Part shown: positions 33,299 to 44,536 of the stretch, piece by piece
Layout: each line of letters opens with the position of its first letter
How positions within the stretch are numbered: the stretch's first letter is position 1
Assembly (NCBI GenBank): GCA_000165345.1
Contig: CM000434.1
Location: forward strand, 96,001 to 160,000
Direction: 5' to 3'
DNA length: 64,000 bases
Made by a program: the position numbers and the translations under genes
The notes under the pieces: model-generated
Database searches by the model: none
What the model was told of the DNA's origin: nothing
Seen by the model: the letters and a program-made list of their open reading frames with translations, nothing else

Positions 33299-34939
33299 AT
33301 GAAACAAGATATCAATTATGGAAGGTTAAATAATATTCCTGAAAGTATTTCAAAGAAAAATACAAAAGTAACAACTCCAGTATATGATTATAATTCAAAT
33401 AAATATAGAAGAACAGAGAATATTATAGAAGAAAGTAATAGAGAAATAAACTATTATCCTATTGGATCACAATTAAGAGCAAAAGAATTAGGAAATATTA
33501 ATAAGATAGAAAATAAATACAAGGAAAAAAGACAAAAAAGTATATATAAAGTCCCAATTTCTGTTGAAGTGTGTATTAGATCAGATATTAACTTAATTCA
33601 AAATGAGAGTGATTCAAATGAATCACAGTTAAGCAGAAAATATTTAATACAAAGAATTAAAAAATATTTTTCATTACAAGCAAATGTTGAATTAGGAAAA
33701 GTCGATATTGATCAAATTGGTGATTCATTATTGAGAAAAGTATGTACTGATATAAATCTATCTTTAAACTACCCAATCCAGTCATTTGAAGAAAAATATA
33801 ATAATAATAGCCAATCAAATCCTCATAGTCAAAGAGAGGATAATGAAAATATCCCAATTTACCAAGCCGAATTCAATATATATACTTATCAACTTAATGA
33901 AAAGTCTGAAGAAGAATATTATATGGAAAGTAATACATCAGATGAAAAGAATACAGATCCTCCAATTTGGAAGTATTGGTCACTTCCAAATATAGAATTT
34001 CATGGATTATGGGATGTACTTCACTATGAAAATAATTTAAAGCAACAACTTATAGATTACACATCTACAAGCTTAATTTTAAGTGATTGTCAAATAGATT
34101 TTAATGTAATTAATTGGAATCATTTAATTTTATTGTATGGCTCTCCAGGAACAGGAAAAACTTCCATTTCTAGAGCAATTTCACAAAAAATTGGAATGAG
34201 ATATTGCCATAGGTACAAAAATATATATTTATTGGAAATTAGTGCACATTCACTATTTTCAAAATGGTTTTCAGAAAGTGGAAAAACTGTTGTAAAACTA
34301 TTCTCTAAAATTAAAAGCTTATTGGAAGAACCTGATTCTTTCGTAAATATTGTAATTGATGAAATTGAAAGTATTTCAACTGCAAGAAAACAAAGTTTAG
34401 GAAGAAATGAACCATCTGATAGTATTCGTGTTGTAAATGCATTGCTCACTCAAATTGATGCTTTAAAAAAATACTCAAATACACTAATTATGACAACCAC
34501 TAATATTCCAGATTCAATTGATGAAGCATTTTTAGACAGAGCTGATTTAAAGCTTCATATACCTCTTCCTTCAATCTATACCAGATATACCATTTTACTT
34601 GAATGCATTGAAGAACTCATATTCAAACAAGTCGTTTATTCAAAAAATAGTGATTTTATTAAAATTTTAAGCTTTAAAGAAATAATGAAATATTCAAATC
34701 ATACAGGAAATAATCAAATTGAAAATCCAAATAACTATGATCAACCCCAAATTAATATTTCTAAAAGTCTACTATATATATCAAAAGTTTCCGAGGGTTT
34801 TTCTGGAAGAAATTTAAGAAAGCTTCCATTTGTTTCCTTACTTTCTTCATATCATCATGGTATTCCTCTAGATATTCAAGTTTTTCTCGAAAAAATGAAG
34901 TATATTGTTGATGAAAAACCCGAAATGGTGAAAAGCTAA
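33299..34939 (+). CDS. trip13: AAA+ ATPase TRIP13 / Pch2 (pachytene checkpoint protein 2) homolog
   Basis: [23 protein letters not shown]...[54 protein letters not shown]...[33 protein letters not shown] is near-identical in pattern to human TRIP13 ([22 protein letters not shown]...[52 protein letters not shown]...[33 protein letters not shown]). N-terminal [11 protein letters not shown] matches FHGLWDSLVYD. Confidence 0.88.
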   Translation: [546 protein letters not shown]

Positions 34940-35505
34940 TTTTATTATTATATTTTTATATAAATATAATAATAAATTCACATATTCATTATTCTTCTAC
35001 TTCATTCATGGGAAAACAAATAATTTAATGAAAATCATAAACTAATTCACATTTTTTTATTACATGTTTAAATTCTCAGCCTACCGATTATTTCTCAGCA
35101 TGCTGAATTACACTAAGATCAACATCAGCGCTTCCCGCCTAAATTAATTGTCACAGTTTACCACAATAAATAGTAAAATGGGGTACCGAATAATATAAAA
35201 TAAATAATTGAAGTATAAATAAATATTGGAATATCAATAATTAATGTAATACACTTTTTTTAAACGAATCAAGAGGGTGGACAGGAAGCGGAAAATACAA
35301 TCAATAATATAAATAGACCAAAAGTATTCTAAAAAACTTTTCTGAGTTAAAGAGTTTCAAAATTCTATTATATTTAATAAGGGAAGCTGATAATCGCTTT
35401 AAGCAATAGTTTGATTGGAAATACTATACGGTCACCAATTTTTGAAGATTGGAATTTCTTGATCTGTAAATAGAACAAGTAATAACCTGTAAGTATTTAA
35501 AAAAA

Positions 35506-38481
35506 ATGAGCTCAGAAACAAATAAAATATGGACAGGAGATGAGGTTCGAAGACAATTCGTGAAATACTTTGAGGGATTAGATCATACATTCTACAGATC
35601 TTCACCAGTAATTCCTTTGAATGATCCAACAATACTGTTTATTAATGCTGGAATGAATCAATTTAAGTCCATATTCTTAGGAACTGTTGAACCAAATTCT
35701 GAACTAAGCAAATTGGTTAGAGTTGCAAATTCTCAAAAATGTATTAGAGCTGGTGGGAAACATAACGATTTAGATGATGTAGGTAAAGATGTATATCATC
35801 ATACATTTTTTGAAATGTTAGGATCATGGTCATTTGGAGATTATTTTAAAGAAGAAGCGATTGAATGGGCATTTAAACTTTTGACTCAAGTATATGGAAT
35901 TCCAAAAGATAGATTATATGCAACTTATTTTGGAGGAGATCCTAAATTACCATCATGTCCACCTGATGAAGAGGCCAAAAGAATATGGTTGAAATACTTG
36001 CCAGAAGATAGAATTCTATCTTGCGGTAGCAAAGAAAACTTCTGGGAAATGGCTGATACCGGTCCATGTGGCCCATGTTCTGAAATACATTATGATCGAA
36101 TTGGAGGAAGAGATGCAATATCATTAGTTAATAAGGATGATCCCGACGTTATTGAAATTTGGAATCTTGTATTTATGCAATATTATAGAGAAGTTGATAG
36201 TACATTAACACCTTTACCTAAAAAATGTGTTGATACTGGTATGGGATTAGAAAGATTGGTTTCAATCTTACAAAATAAAACAAGCAATTACGATATTGAT
36301 TTGTTTAAACCCATTTTTGATCAAATTCATCAAGTAATTTCCTCATCTGGAGTACAGATTCCACGTTATTCTGGAAAAGTTGGTGATATTGATGATCCTG
36401 AAATGATTGATATGTCATACAGAGTTATTTCTGACCATATTAGAACTTTAACTATTGCAATTGCAGACGGTTGTATTCCAAGTAATGAAGGAAGAGGATA
36501 CGTTTTAAGAAGAATTCTAAGAAGAGCTATTAGATATGGATCTCAGTATTTAAAGGCTGGATCTAACGGAGAACCTTGGTTTTATAAATTAGTTGACAGT
36601 GTTTCAAATATTATGGGCAATTATTATAAAGAGATACCAGAAAATATTCAAATTATTAAAGAAGTTATTTTAGATGAAGAAAAACAGTTCTCTAAAACAT
36701 TGTTTAAAGGAACTGAAAGATTTAACAAGGTTATTAATAAGTTAAAGTCTTCTCAAAACAATCAGCAAGACCAGAATAAAAAACTATTCCCAGCTAGTGA
36801 AGCTTTCCAATTATATTCTACATATGGATTCCCAATGGACTTAACAGAATTAATGGCTAATGAACAAGGCTTTGATTTTGACCGTCAGGGATTTCAATTA
36901 TGTATGGAAAACCATCATTTAGCTTCAGAAGGTAAAAATAACAAGTCATTTGACGATTTAATTCTCAAACCTGATATTCAAAATAACTTACTTCTAGAAT
37001 TTGGATTAAAAGAAACTGATGATCAATACAAATATCAATCTCAAACTCAAATTAAAGACTTTTACTCTAATTTGATTGCTATTTTTGATGGAAATCAATT
37101 ATTAAACGCTACTGAAATACAAGGTAAAGTTATTGGATTAATTTTTGATAAAACCACATTCTATTCAGAATCTGGAGGACAAGTTGCTGATACTGGTTTT
37201 ATTGATTTTCAATACAATAACAATGATGAAGTCAGTATATTCCAAGTAATTGATTGTAAAAAATTTGGAAATTATGTATTACATATTGGTATATTATTGC
37301 AAGGAAAAATTGAAATTAGTCCAGAATTAAAATCTTTAATGTCTGTTGATTATTCTAGAAGAAATCTCATTAAAAAGAATCATACTGGTACTCATATCTT
37401 AAATTTTGCATTAAGACAAATACTTGGTAGCACATGCGATCAAAGAGGTTCTGTTGTTGACCCTAATAAATTAAGATTTGATTTCTCATCTCAAAAGCCC
37501 TTAACTTTGGATCAAATTGAGGAAATTGAAAAAATGATTAATCAAATTATCCAAGAAAAACAAACAGTTTATTGTCAGACTGTTGAATTATCTATAGCTA
37601 AGCAAATACCCAACATTAGAGCAATCTTTGGTGAAACTTATCCAGATCCTGTACGTGTATTATCTGTAAGTAAATCTGTGGATTCTTTAATTAATTCTCA
37701 AACAGATAATAATGATCAAGAAAAAGTATCTATTGAATTTTGTGGAGGTACCCATGTTGAAAATACTAGTGAAATTATTTCATTTTCTATTATAAGTGAA
37801 GAAGGCATTGCAAAAGGTATTAGAAGAATTGTAGCAGTTACTGATAATCAATCTGAAATTGCTATTGAAAATGCTAAAAGGCTCAAACAAGAATTTAAAA
37901 AACTTGAAGAATTAAATGGCAAGGAACTTGAGACTTTATTAAATTCTTTCAAATCTAAATTAGATGAAACTAAATTATTACCTTTATTATATAGAAGACA
38001 ATTATCTCAAATTATTGAAGAAAATTATAAGAGAGTTATTGCAGATGCTAAAAAGAAACAAAAAGAAAGATTAAATATGGCTAAAGAATTGGCAACAAAA
38101 ATTGGACAAGAATATTCTCAACAGTTATCTTCAAATAATGAATTTCCAGCTTTAATTTTGAACATTAAACAAATTCAAGGAGATTCTAAGTCTATGGATG
38201 TTATCGGACAAGATATTTCAAAGAAATACCCTGAAGCTCCCATTATGCTTTTTACATCTGGAGAATTTAATGATAATGGAGTTTCTGTTATTTCTATTAT
38301 GCCAAAATCTAAATCTGATAAATTATCTTCATCTAACTGGCTTAAATCTACAATTGAGTTATGTAATGGTAAATGTGGAGGAACAGATCTAAGATCTGTT
38401 GGATCTTCAAAGACAGGATCTGAATCAATTGAATCAATGATTCAACTTGCTTTAGACCTTTTAAAGAAAAATGGTATTTAA
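35506..38481 (+). CDS. alaS: cytoplasmic alanyl-tRNA synthetase (class II AlaRS), full length with editing and C-Ala domains
   Basis: PLNDPTILFINAGMNQFK...KCIRAGGKHNDLDDVGKDVYHHTFFEMLGSWSFGDYFK...FWEMADTGPCGPCSEIHYDRIGGRDA...GRGYVLRRILRRAIRYG. Editing site HTGTHILNFALRQILG...CGGTH. Collinear with human AARS1 over the whole length. Confidence 0.95.
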   Translation: MSSETNKIWTGDEVRRQFVKYFEGLDHTFYRSSPVIPLNDPTILFINAGMNQFKSIFLGTVEPNSELSKLVRVANSQKCIRAGGKHNDLDDVGKDVYHHTFFEMLGSWSFGDYFKEEAIEWAFKLLTQVYGIPKDRLYATYFGGDPKLPSCPPDEEAKRIWLKYLPEDRILSCGSKENFWEMADTGPCGPCSEIHYDRIGGRDAISLVNKDDPDVIEIWNLVFMQYYREVDSTLTPLPKKCVDTGMGLERLVSILQNKTSNYDIDLFKPIFDQIHQVISSSGVQIPRYSGKVGDIDDPEMIDMSYRVISDHIRTLTIAIADGCIPSNEGRGYVLRRILRRAIRYGSQYLKAGSNGEPWFYKLVDSVSNIMGNYYKEIPENIQIIKEVILDEEKQFSKTLFKGTERFNKVINKLKSSQNNQQDQNKKLFPASEAFQLYSTYGFPMDLTELMANEQGFDFDRQGFQLCMENHHLASEGKNNKSFDDLILKPDIQNNLLLEFGLKETDDQYKYQSQTQIKDFYSNLIAIFDGNQLLNATEIQGKVIGLIFDKTTFYSESGGQVADTGFIDFQYNNNDEVSIFQVIDCKKFGNYVLHIGILLQGKIEISPELKSLMSVDYSRRNLIKKNHTGTHILNFALRQILGSTCDQRGSVVDPNKLRFDFSSQKPLTLDQIEEIEKMINQIIQEKQTVYCQTVELSIAKQIPNIRAIFGETYPDPVRVLSVSKSVDSLINSQTDNNDQEKVSIEFCGGTHVENTSEIISFSIISEEGIAKGIRRIVAVTDNQSEIAIENAKRLKQEFKKLEELNGKELETLLNSFKSKLDETKLLPLLYRRQLSQIIEENYKRVIADAKKKQKERLNMAKELATKIGQEYSQQLSSNNEFPALILNIKQIQGDSKSMDVIGQDISKKYPEAPIMLFTSGEFNDNGVSVISIMPKSKSDKLSSSNWLKSTIELCNGKCGGTDLRSVGSSKTGSESIESMIQLALDLLKKNGI

Positions 38482-38981
38482 ATCATATTTTTATATCAAA
38501 TAAGGATCTTTATATAGATAGAGGATTGTAGTTAAAACAAGTAGACTTTTAAAATATCTTTTATTTTAATTCATTCTATTTCTTTTTTTTATAGACAATT
38601 TTACTTTTATTATTATGTTAATTTGAATCCAAAATATAAAACATCTATTCAAGACAATTAGTGGCAAACAAATCCTTTTCTTTTTTATATTCTGAAAAAA
38701 AATCAGTTTTAAAGTATCGAAACAAATTAACATATTAAAAAGATACGAGAATAAAAGAATGGTTATAGCTGCTTAGTCTAATAATTCTATGGCTATTAAA
38801 TATTTGAACTATATTTAATATATTGAATGAATATATACTTCAATTAAATCTAAGATGAAAATAATAAGAAATTATATCACATATTAGACTTTGTCAATAT
38901 ATTATTAATATAGGGACTCTATTCTCACAAATTAAAGAAACAGAGACCATAGAAGAATCATAATAACTTGTTGATTTGAAT

Positions 38982-39401
38982 TTAAACAATAGAAGGAGCA
39001 GCAGCAGAGACCTTTGGCCATAATTCTGCGCATTCCTTACCAACTGGACCAGTAATAGCAGAACCTTTCATTTCTCCCTTTGGATTAACAATTACACCTG
39101 CATTATCCTCAAAGTAAAGGAAGGTACCCTCAGGTCTTCTAAAAGCTTTACGTTGACGTACAATAACAGCTGGCCATACCTTCTTTCTCAATTCTGGTTT
39201 ACCCTTCTTAACAGTTGCCAACACCATATCACCAATAGATGCTGATGGTAGACGGTTTAAGCATGATCCGGTACCTTTAACTGCTATGATGTATAAGTTT
39301 TTACCACCACTATTATCACAACAATTTATAAGAGCACCAACATTCAAACCGAGAGTAATTCTCATCTTAGCACCACCTGCAGCACCTCTTCCTCTCTTCA
39401 T
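38982..39401 (-). CDS. rpl23: 60S ribosomal protein L23 (uL14)
   Basis: [43 protein letters not shown]...[79 protein letters not shown] is about 80% identical to human RPL23. Locally elevated GC content and biased codon use are typical of a highly expressed gene. Confidence 0.95.
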   Translation of the reverse strand: MKRGRGAAGGAKMRITLGLNVGALINCCDNSGGKNLYIIAVKGTGSCLNRLPSASIGDMVLATVKKGKPELRKKVWPAVIVRQRKAFRRPEGTFLYFEDNAGVIVNPKGEMKGSAITGPVGKECAELWPKVSAAAPSIV

Positions 39402-39853
39402 CTTTTCTAAATATAAACTATATTAATGAAGCTGGAAATAAGTTTTTGATTTAATTAGGATAATCTTAATTTTTTGGGATTATTTTAATCTAATCTCCAA
39501 AGAAATTATTCTAGTTGTTACAAGATTATTAATATTGTTTTATTAATTAAAGAATTGATTAGCGCTGAAAATAACAATATATTAATTATTATTATTATTA
39601 TTATTATTAATATTATCAGTTTAATGCTAATTTGAATTTGTTCTAATATTTATTTTGAGACAATTTTTGGGCGCCATTTTTATTTTACAAAAATTTTATT
39701 TTATGATGACAATTATTACTTGTACAAAATTTACTAATTAATTAAATATTTATAATACTTATATTACCATTATTTATTTTTCACAAAATTTCTGAGACAT
39801 TATTTAACCTACTTTTAATTAAATATTAACATATTTGGAAGACGTATGCGTGA

Positions 39854-39866
39854 CGGTACCTATTAT
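39854..39866. promoter_or_regulatory. cggtacctattat 13-mer (also present in the inverted repeat at 61969-62008) within GC-containing promoter cluster between rpl23 and cpsf2
   Basis: Identical 13-mer at 39854-39866 and 61972-61984. Nearby three copies of (G/A)GCGGTAA at 39940-39947, 39961-39968 and 39990-39997. Confidence 0.3.
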
Positions 39867-40636
39867 TGTGTCTTTTTTGTGAAGACTTTTTTAAGGAAAG
39901 TGGAGGGGGTTAGCATTCATGGTATTTTGACGCCAATTTGGCGGTAATATATTTGCAAATGGCGGTAACTTGGAACTTTAACAAATGTCAGCGGTAAAAA
40001 ATTATATATTGTATGTAAATATATTATTTCTAAAATTAATAAAAATATTTTGAATATAAATAATTTATCATAAATTGTTTAAATTTAGAAATAGGCTTAT
40101 TCACTTAAAAAATTGTAATCTATAATATACACATATAATTCTTTTCAAATAATTGAGCAAAAATTGATTATTTATAGTTCTTACAATAATATATTTATAT
40201 CTTCAAAAATTGCACATTATTACACACTTTTTTAAATAAAATATAATTTTGACAAAAAGTAATAATGAAAAGGCGGGCTACAGTCGAATTTTAATTAATT
40301 GTGATCATGTAAAAAAAAAAATAATAAAATAGTAAATAAATATTCAAATATACTTTCATTACTATTTAGTAATTATTTGTATATTTCAATAAAATAAAAG
40401 AAGCAATCCAAGTAATTTACTAAGTTAAAGATTGTTTATTTAAAAGATCAGTAACTATTGATATTTTAGATAAATAATAATTAAAGGTAAAAAGGTATCG
40501 ATATTTTAAATCAATTATTATTTATTTATTACAAATATATACATATATATTTGTTTAAATATATTTTAGTAATAATTATTATTTATAATTATTACTTATG
40601 ACCGATTTTTATTGAGTATTTATTATTGTTTATCTT

Positions 40637-43600
40637 ATGATAAATATATCTTTAAAACCAATATGTAGTGGCGTAATTAAAGGTAACGCCCTACGTATTA
40701 ATAATTGTCTAATTTGGTTTGATTTTGGTATAGAAAATGAGTCTAAATTTGATAGATCAGCTTTATTAGATTTGGAATTACCACATTTAATATTACTAAC
40801 AAATTTTCCAAAAACATTTATTGGTGGTTTACCAATTTTACATAAATTATTAACAGAAAAAGGGATATCATGTAAAATTCCTGTAATTTGTACTGAACCA
40901 ATATTTAGATTTGGAAATAATATATTGTGTGATATTATACAAAGTATGAGTATTAGAGATCAAGAAAGAGGATTACAATATACTTGTGATAAGGAAGATA
41001 ATAAAGGATTTAAACAATTACCCTTCACAAATGAAGATATTGAAGGAATCCTTGGTGAAAATGTTTGTAGGTTAAGATATTATCAATCATTTAATATTCA
41101 ACTTTTACATAATGATAATAATATGAATGATGATAATTCTTCTTTAACAAGTATTAATTTAAAAGCATTACCAAGTGGTTTTGAACTTGGTTCTACTATT
41201 TGGAGTATGACAATTAATTCAATTTCTGATAGTTGGGAATTCGTTTATGTAAGTGAGGTAGCTTCTCATCCATATTGGCATGTTACTCCATCAGATTTGG
41301 GTAGATTGAATAAACCAGATTTATTAATGCTTGGAGTTAATACTAGTAATATATTAAAAATACCAAATAATTTATCTTTTTCAATGAGCTCAGATTTTGG
41401 TAATGATTTCAAGAAATGCAATAATCGTTTAATTTCTATTAAGAAATTTGTGAATACTATTTTAGATTGTATTAAAAAGAATAAAACAGGTACAATATTA
41501 ATACCAATGCAATTGGATAGTTTATTGCTAGAAATATTATGTTATTTGGATGCTATTTGGAATAAAGGAAAGATTTTATATCCAATTTTTGTTACTTCAC
41601 CATTAATTAAATCATTTTTATTATCTGTTAAAACTTTGATTGAATGGATGAGTTTAGAAATAAGATCAGAATTTTGTGATTCAAGATTTAATCCATTCCA
41701 TGATTTAAAGAATATTATACTTGAAACAAATCTTAAGAATATAAGAAGTGAAAATTTATCAAAAGTACCAAAAGTTATATTTGCTTTTCCTGAATCTATG
41801 GATTATGGTTATTCCAGAGAACTATTTACTGAATTAGCAACAAATGAAAATAATACCATTATGTTTGTTAGGGAGCCAAAAGAAAACACATTTGCTCATT
41901 ATATTTGGAATAAAGAACTTGAATTACGTAGATCTGATCAATCTTGTATACATTCTTTAATTCACTCTGACAACCATAGTATTCAAATTCCTACAAATAT
42001 TCTTGAGAATAATCATGAATTATCATACTCCATTGAACTTCCCATGATTAGATTTACACCTTATAGACAAGATGAGCTTTATGCAATGTACCTTTCACAT
42101 AAAGAGTCTAATAATGCTGGTAATAATTTAAACCAAAATTCTGACGATATTAACAAAAAGCTGGATGACCAAGGTGTTAATTCTGCAAATTTAGAATTAG
42201 ATAATGGTGATATTAAGTTGGAAGATTGTGATATTAATAAAAAAGATGTTGAGATGAATATTGAGAATGAATCCACTAGTATATATAATGATGATAATCA
42301 TTGTAATAATGATAATAATAATACTGATATTGTTTGTAATAACAATGAGTTGAATAATAAAACATCATATTCTTGTATCTTGTTATCTTCAAATAATAAC
42401 AATTCTGATAATTGTGTTAAAAATGATGATATGAGTAATATAAATAATAATGGTATTGACTATGTTAATGATCAAAATGTTAGTTCTTCTATTCAAACGC
42501 AAATCGAGTTTTTAAGATCAAAATTAGTTCCTGTAAATGTTGATGATGAGCTTTTGAATTTAAATTCACTTTCATCGTCTTCTTCAAGTTCGTCTTCAAC
42601 ATCATCATCATCTTCTTCTTCTTCTTCTTCTTCTTCATCTTCTTCTTCATCTTCTTCATCAAATTTCCATATCTCTGGTCAAAATTCTTCAACAAAACAA
42701 ACAAAGGACGATTATGGATGCTTATTAGATGAACAAACATTGCAATCTATCATTGATTCTTGGAAAGATGCATCTAGTGACCTTGACATTTCATCATATA
42801 ATTTGAAATTAAATGACGAAGTTGTAAAAGATAATAAGTTGAAATTAGATTCAGTTGGTAATGATTCATCGATCATCTCGAGCTTTGATAACTCTAATAA
42901 TAATGATGATAGTAATAATAACAAAATTCGTATTTTGGCCCCGAAAAGAAGAAGAAATGTTGATAGAATATCAAATATCAAAGACGATGTATTACCAGAA
43001 ATAAAGGAAGGAGAAGTAACTCTTGATTCCAATGGAAATTCTGATCCAATTTTGAATAGAAACACAAAACTTGGTGGAAGATTGTCAAGCATGCTAAGCA
43101 TTGACAGTAACAATACAGCTTTTGCAAATAATATTCCAGAATGGAGAATTCATTTTAGACAAATTTTGGGTGGTACTGAACCTTTTAGAATTACTCATGA
43201 AATGAGCAAGATTGAAGTTAGATCAAGAGTAATATTAACTGATGGTTTGGAGCTTAAGAATGAAATATCATCATTATTACCATTATTGAATTGTTCAAAT
43301 CCAAAAACAATTATATTAGTTTCTGATTGTAAGGACTCTAAAGAGGAGAATATTTTAAAATATTATAAATCTATATTAATGTCACTTCCAAATTCTCCAA
43401 AGAATATTGTTTCTTCGAAAATTGATGATAACAATTTGATTGAATTTACTTTGGATGAAAGTGTTGAAATTGTTTCATTTGATAACTCAGTGTGGGATGA
43501 AGTTTCAACAGGAGGTTTTCAGCTTGTACAAAATGGTTCAGCTCCTTCAGCTGCTTTACAAGAGTCTTCATTAAATAACAATAGAAAAAACGAAATTTCA

Positions 43601-44227
43601 AGTTATTACGCTTTTGCAAGAGTTGACAATATTTCGGCAAAGCTTATTAAGGATGAAGTAGTTTTTGTTAAGAATAATAAATTGGAAAATAATTCAGAAC
43701 TTAATCCCAACGAAGAAAAAGTGACTGATAATTGTGATTCATTAAATAATAATATTATGGATGAATACAAAGATCCTCAGAATGAATCATTAATTAACAA
43801 GAATCAACAATCTCCATACAATGTTTTAAATAACCTTATTAATGTAATTAAGAAAAGAGGTAATAATAATTCTTCAAAGAAATTCCATAAGGAAATATTA
43901 CTTTCAAAATCACGTGGTATACGCCATATAGTTTCTGAAATGAGAAAACAAAACCCTCTTCCAATTATTAATATATCCCCAAGTGGAGGAATTGTTTCCG
44001 TCAATAATGCTATAGCGTTTTCTTCAAATCATTTAAATAAAGATTTTGAAATTTCTCAAATTAATAACCAAGACCAAAGCAATTCTTCTTTTAAAGTTCA
44101 AAAGGGCGACCATTTAACAAATAATTCCAATATAGATGATATGAATATTTGGAATTTACATGCAAAACTTCATCCATATTATTATATTGCCAGAGGAATA
44201 CTACGTAATCAGTTTGCTATTTTATAA
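40637..44227 (+). CDS. cpsf2: cleavage and polyadenylation specificity factor subunit 2 (CPSF100/CPSF2) homolog with long Asn/Ser-rich insertions
   Basis: N-terminus ISLKPICSGVIKGNALRINNCLIWFDFGIENESKF...LELPHLILLTNFPKTFIGGLPILHKLLTEKGISCKIPVICTEPIFRFG aligns with human CPSF2 ([36 protein letters not shown]...[40 protein letters not shown]), a metallo-beta-lactamase fold lacking HxHxDH as in CPSF100. INLKALPSGFELGSTIWSMTI matches [20 protein letters not shown]. C-terminal ...ARGILRNQFAIL matches ...RDLLYEQYAIV. Confidence 0.8.
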   Translation: MINISLKPICSGVIKGNALRINNCLIWFDFGIENESKFDRSALLDLELPHLILLTNFPKTFIGGLPILHKLLTEKGISCKIPVICTEPIFRFGNNILCDIIQSMSIRDQERGLQYTCDKEDNKGFKQLPFTNEDIEGILGENVCRLRYYQSFNIQLLHNDNNMNDDNSSLTSINLKALPSGFELGSTIWSMTINSISDSWEFVYVSEVASHPYWHVTPSDLGRLNKPDLLMLGVNTSNILKIPNNLSFSMSSDFGNDFKKCNNRLISIKKFVNTILDCIKKNKTGTILIPMQLDSLLLEILCYLDAIWNKGKILYPIFVTSPLIKSFLLSVKTLIEWMSLEIRSEFCDSRFNPFHDLKNIILETNLKNIRSENLSKVPKVIFAFPESMDYGYSRELFTELATNENNTIMFVREPKENTFAHYIWNKELELRRSDQSCIHSLIHSDNHSIQIPTNILENNHELSYSIELPMIRFTPYRQDELYAMYLSHKESNNAGNNLNQNSDDINKKLDDQGVNSANLELDNGDIKLEDCDINKKDVEMNIENESTSIYNDDNHCNNDNNNTDIVCNNNELNNKTSYSCILLSSNNNNSDNCVKNDDMSNINNNGIDYVNDQNVSSSIQTQIEFLRSKLVPVNVDDELLNLNSLSSSSSSSSSTSSSSSSSSSSSSSSSSSSSSNFHISGQNSSTKQTKDDYGCLLDEQTLQSIIDSWKDASSDLDISSYNLKLNDEVVKDNKLKLDSVGNDSSIISSFDNSNNNDDSNNNKIRILAPKRRRNVDRISNIKDDVLPEIKEGEVTLDSNGNSDPILNRNTKLGGRLSSMLSIDSNNTAFANNIPEWRIHFRQILGGTEPFRITHEMSKIEVRSRVILTDGLELKNEISSLLPLLNCSNPKTIILVSDCKDSKEENILKYYKSILMSLPNSPKNIVSSKIDDNNLIEFTLDESVEIVSFDNSVWDEVSTGGFQLVQNGSAPSAALQESSLNNNRKNEISSYYAFARVDNISAKLIKDEVVFVKNNKLENNSELNPNEEKVTDNCDSLNNNIMDEYKDPQNESLINKNQQSPYNVLNNLINVIKKRGNNNSSKKFHKEILLSKSRGIRHIVSEMRKQNPLPIINISPSGGIVSVNNAIAFSSNHLNKDFEISQINNQDQSNSSFKVQKGDHLTNNSNIDDMNIWNLHAKLHPYYYIARGILRNQFAIL

Positions 44228-44362
44228 GTTATTTAAAATTAGCTTAAATTTTAAGAAACTTCTTCTTTACTAGATTTATTATATTTTTTTAATTAATTAA
44301 GTTAAATTATATACGTGTCATTGTTTTTTTTTGTCCACATAAAATATATTGACTCAAACTTG

Positions 44363-44373
44363 TATACCGGTAT
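44363..44373. promoter_or_regulatory. TATACCGGTAT motif upstream of gene 44537, flanked by tgtccacat (44332-44340), gcatgcatt (44376-44384) and tgtccac (44427-44433)
   Basis: Read directly. Confidence 0.3.
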
Positions 44374-44536
44374 TTGCATGCATTATTGCGCAATTACCGA
44401 ATGCAATTTTTTTGAAATTAATTTCTTGTCCACTTAACGCGGACGATAATAAAAATAATTATATAAAAAAAGTCAAAAAGTAAAATAAAATTTATTAAAT
44501 TAAAAAAATAATAAATTTATGTATAAGATATAATTA

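Noticed and set aside
35081-35175. GC-containing patch (tctcagcctaccgattatttctcagcatgctgaattacactaagatcaacatcagcgcttcccgcc) upstream of alaS, considered as a possible small RNA or tRNA
   Set aside because: No acceptor-stem or T-loop complementarity and no GGTTCGANTCC-like box. More likely part of the alaS promoter GC cluster.
42079-44004. Five minus-strand ORFs (64-133 aa) within the CPSF2 gene
   Set aside because: Antisense to a long conserved CDS. Products are low-complexity (poly-Lys, poly-Leu).
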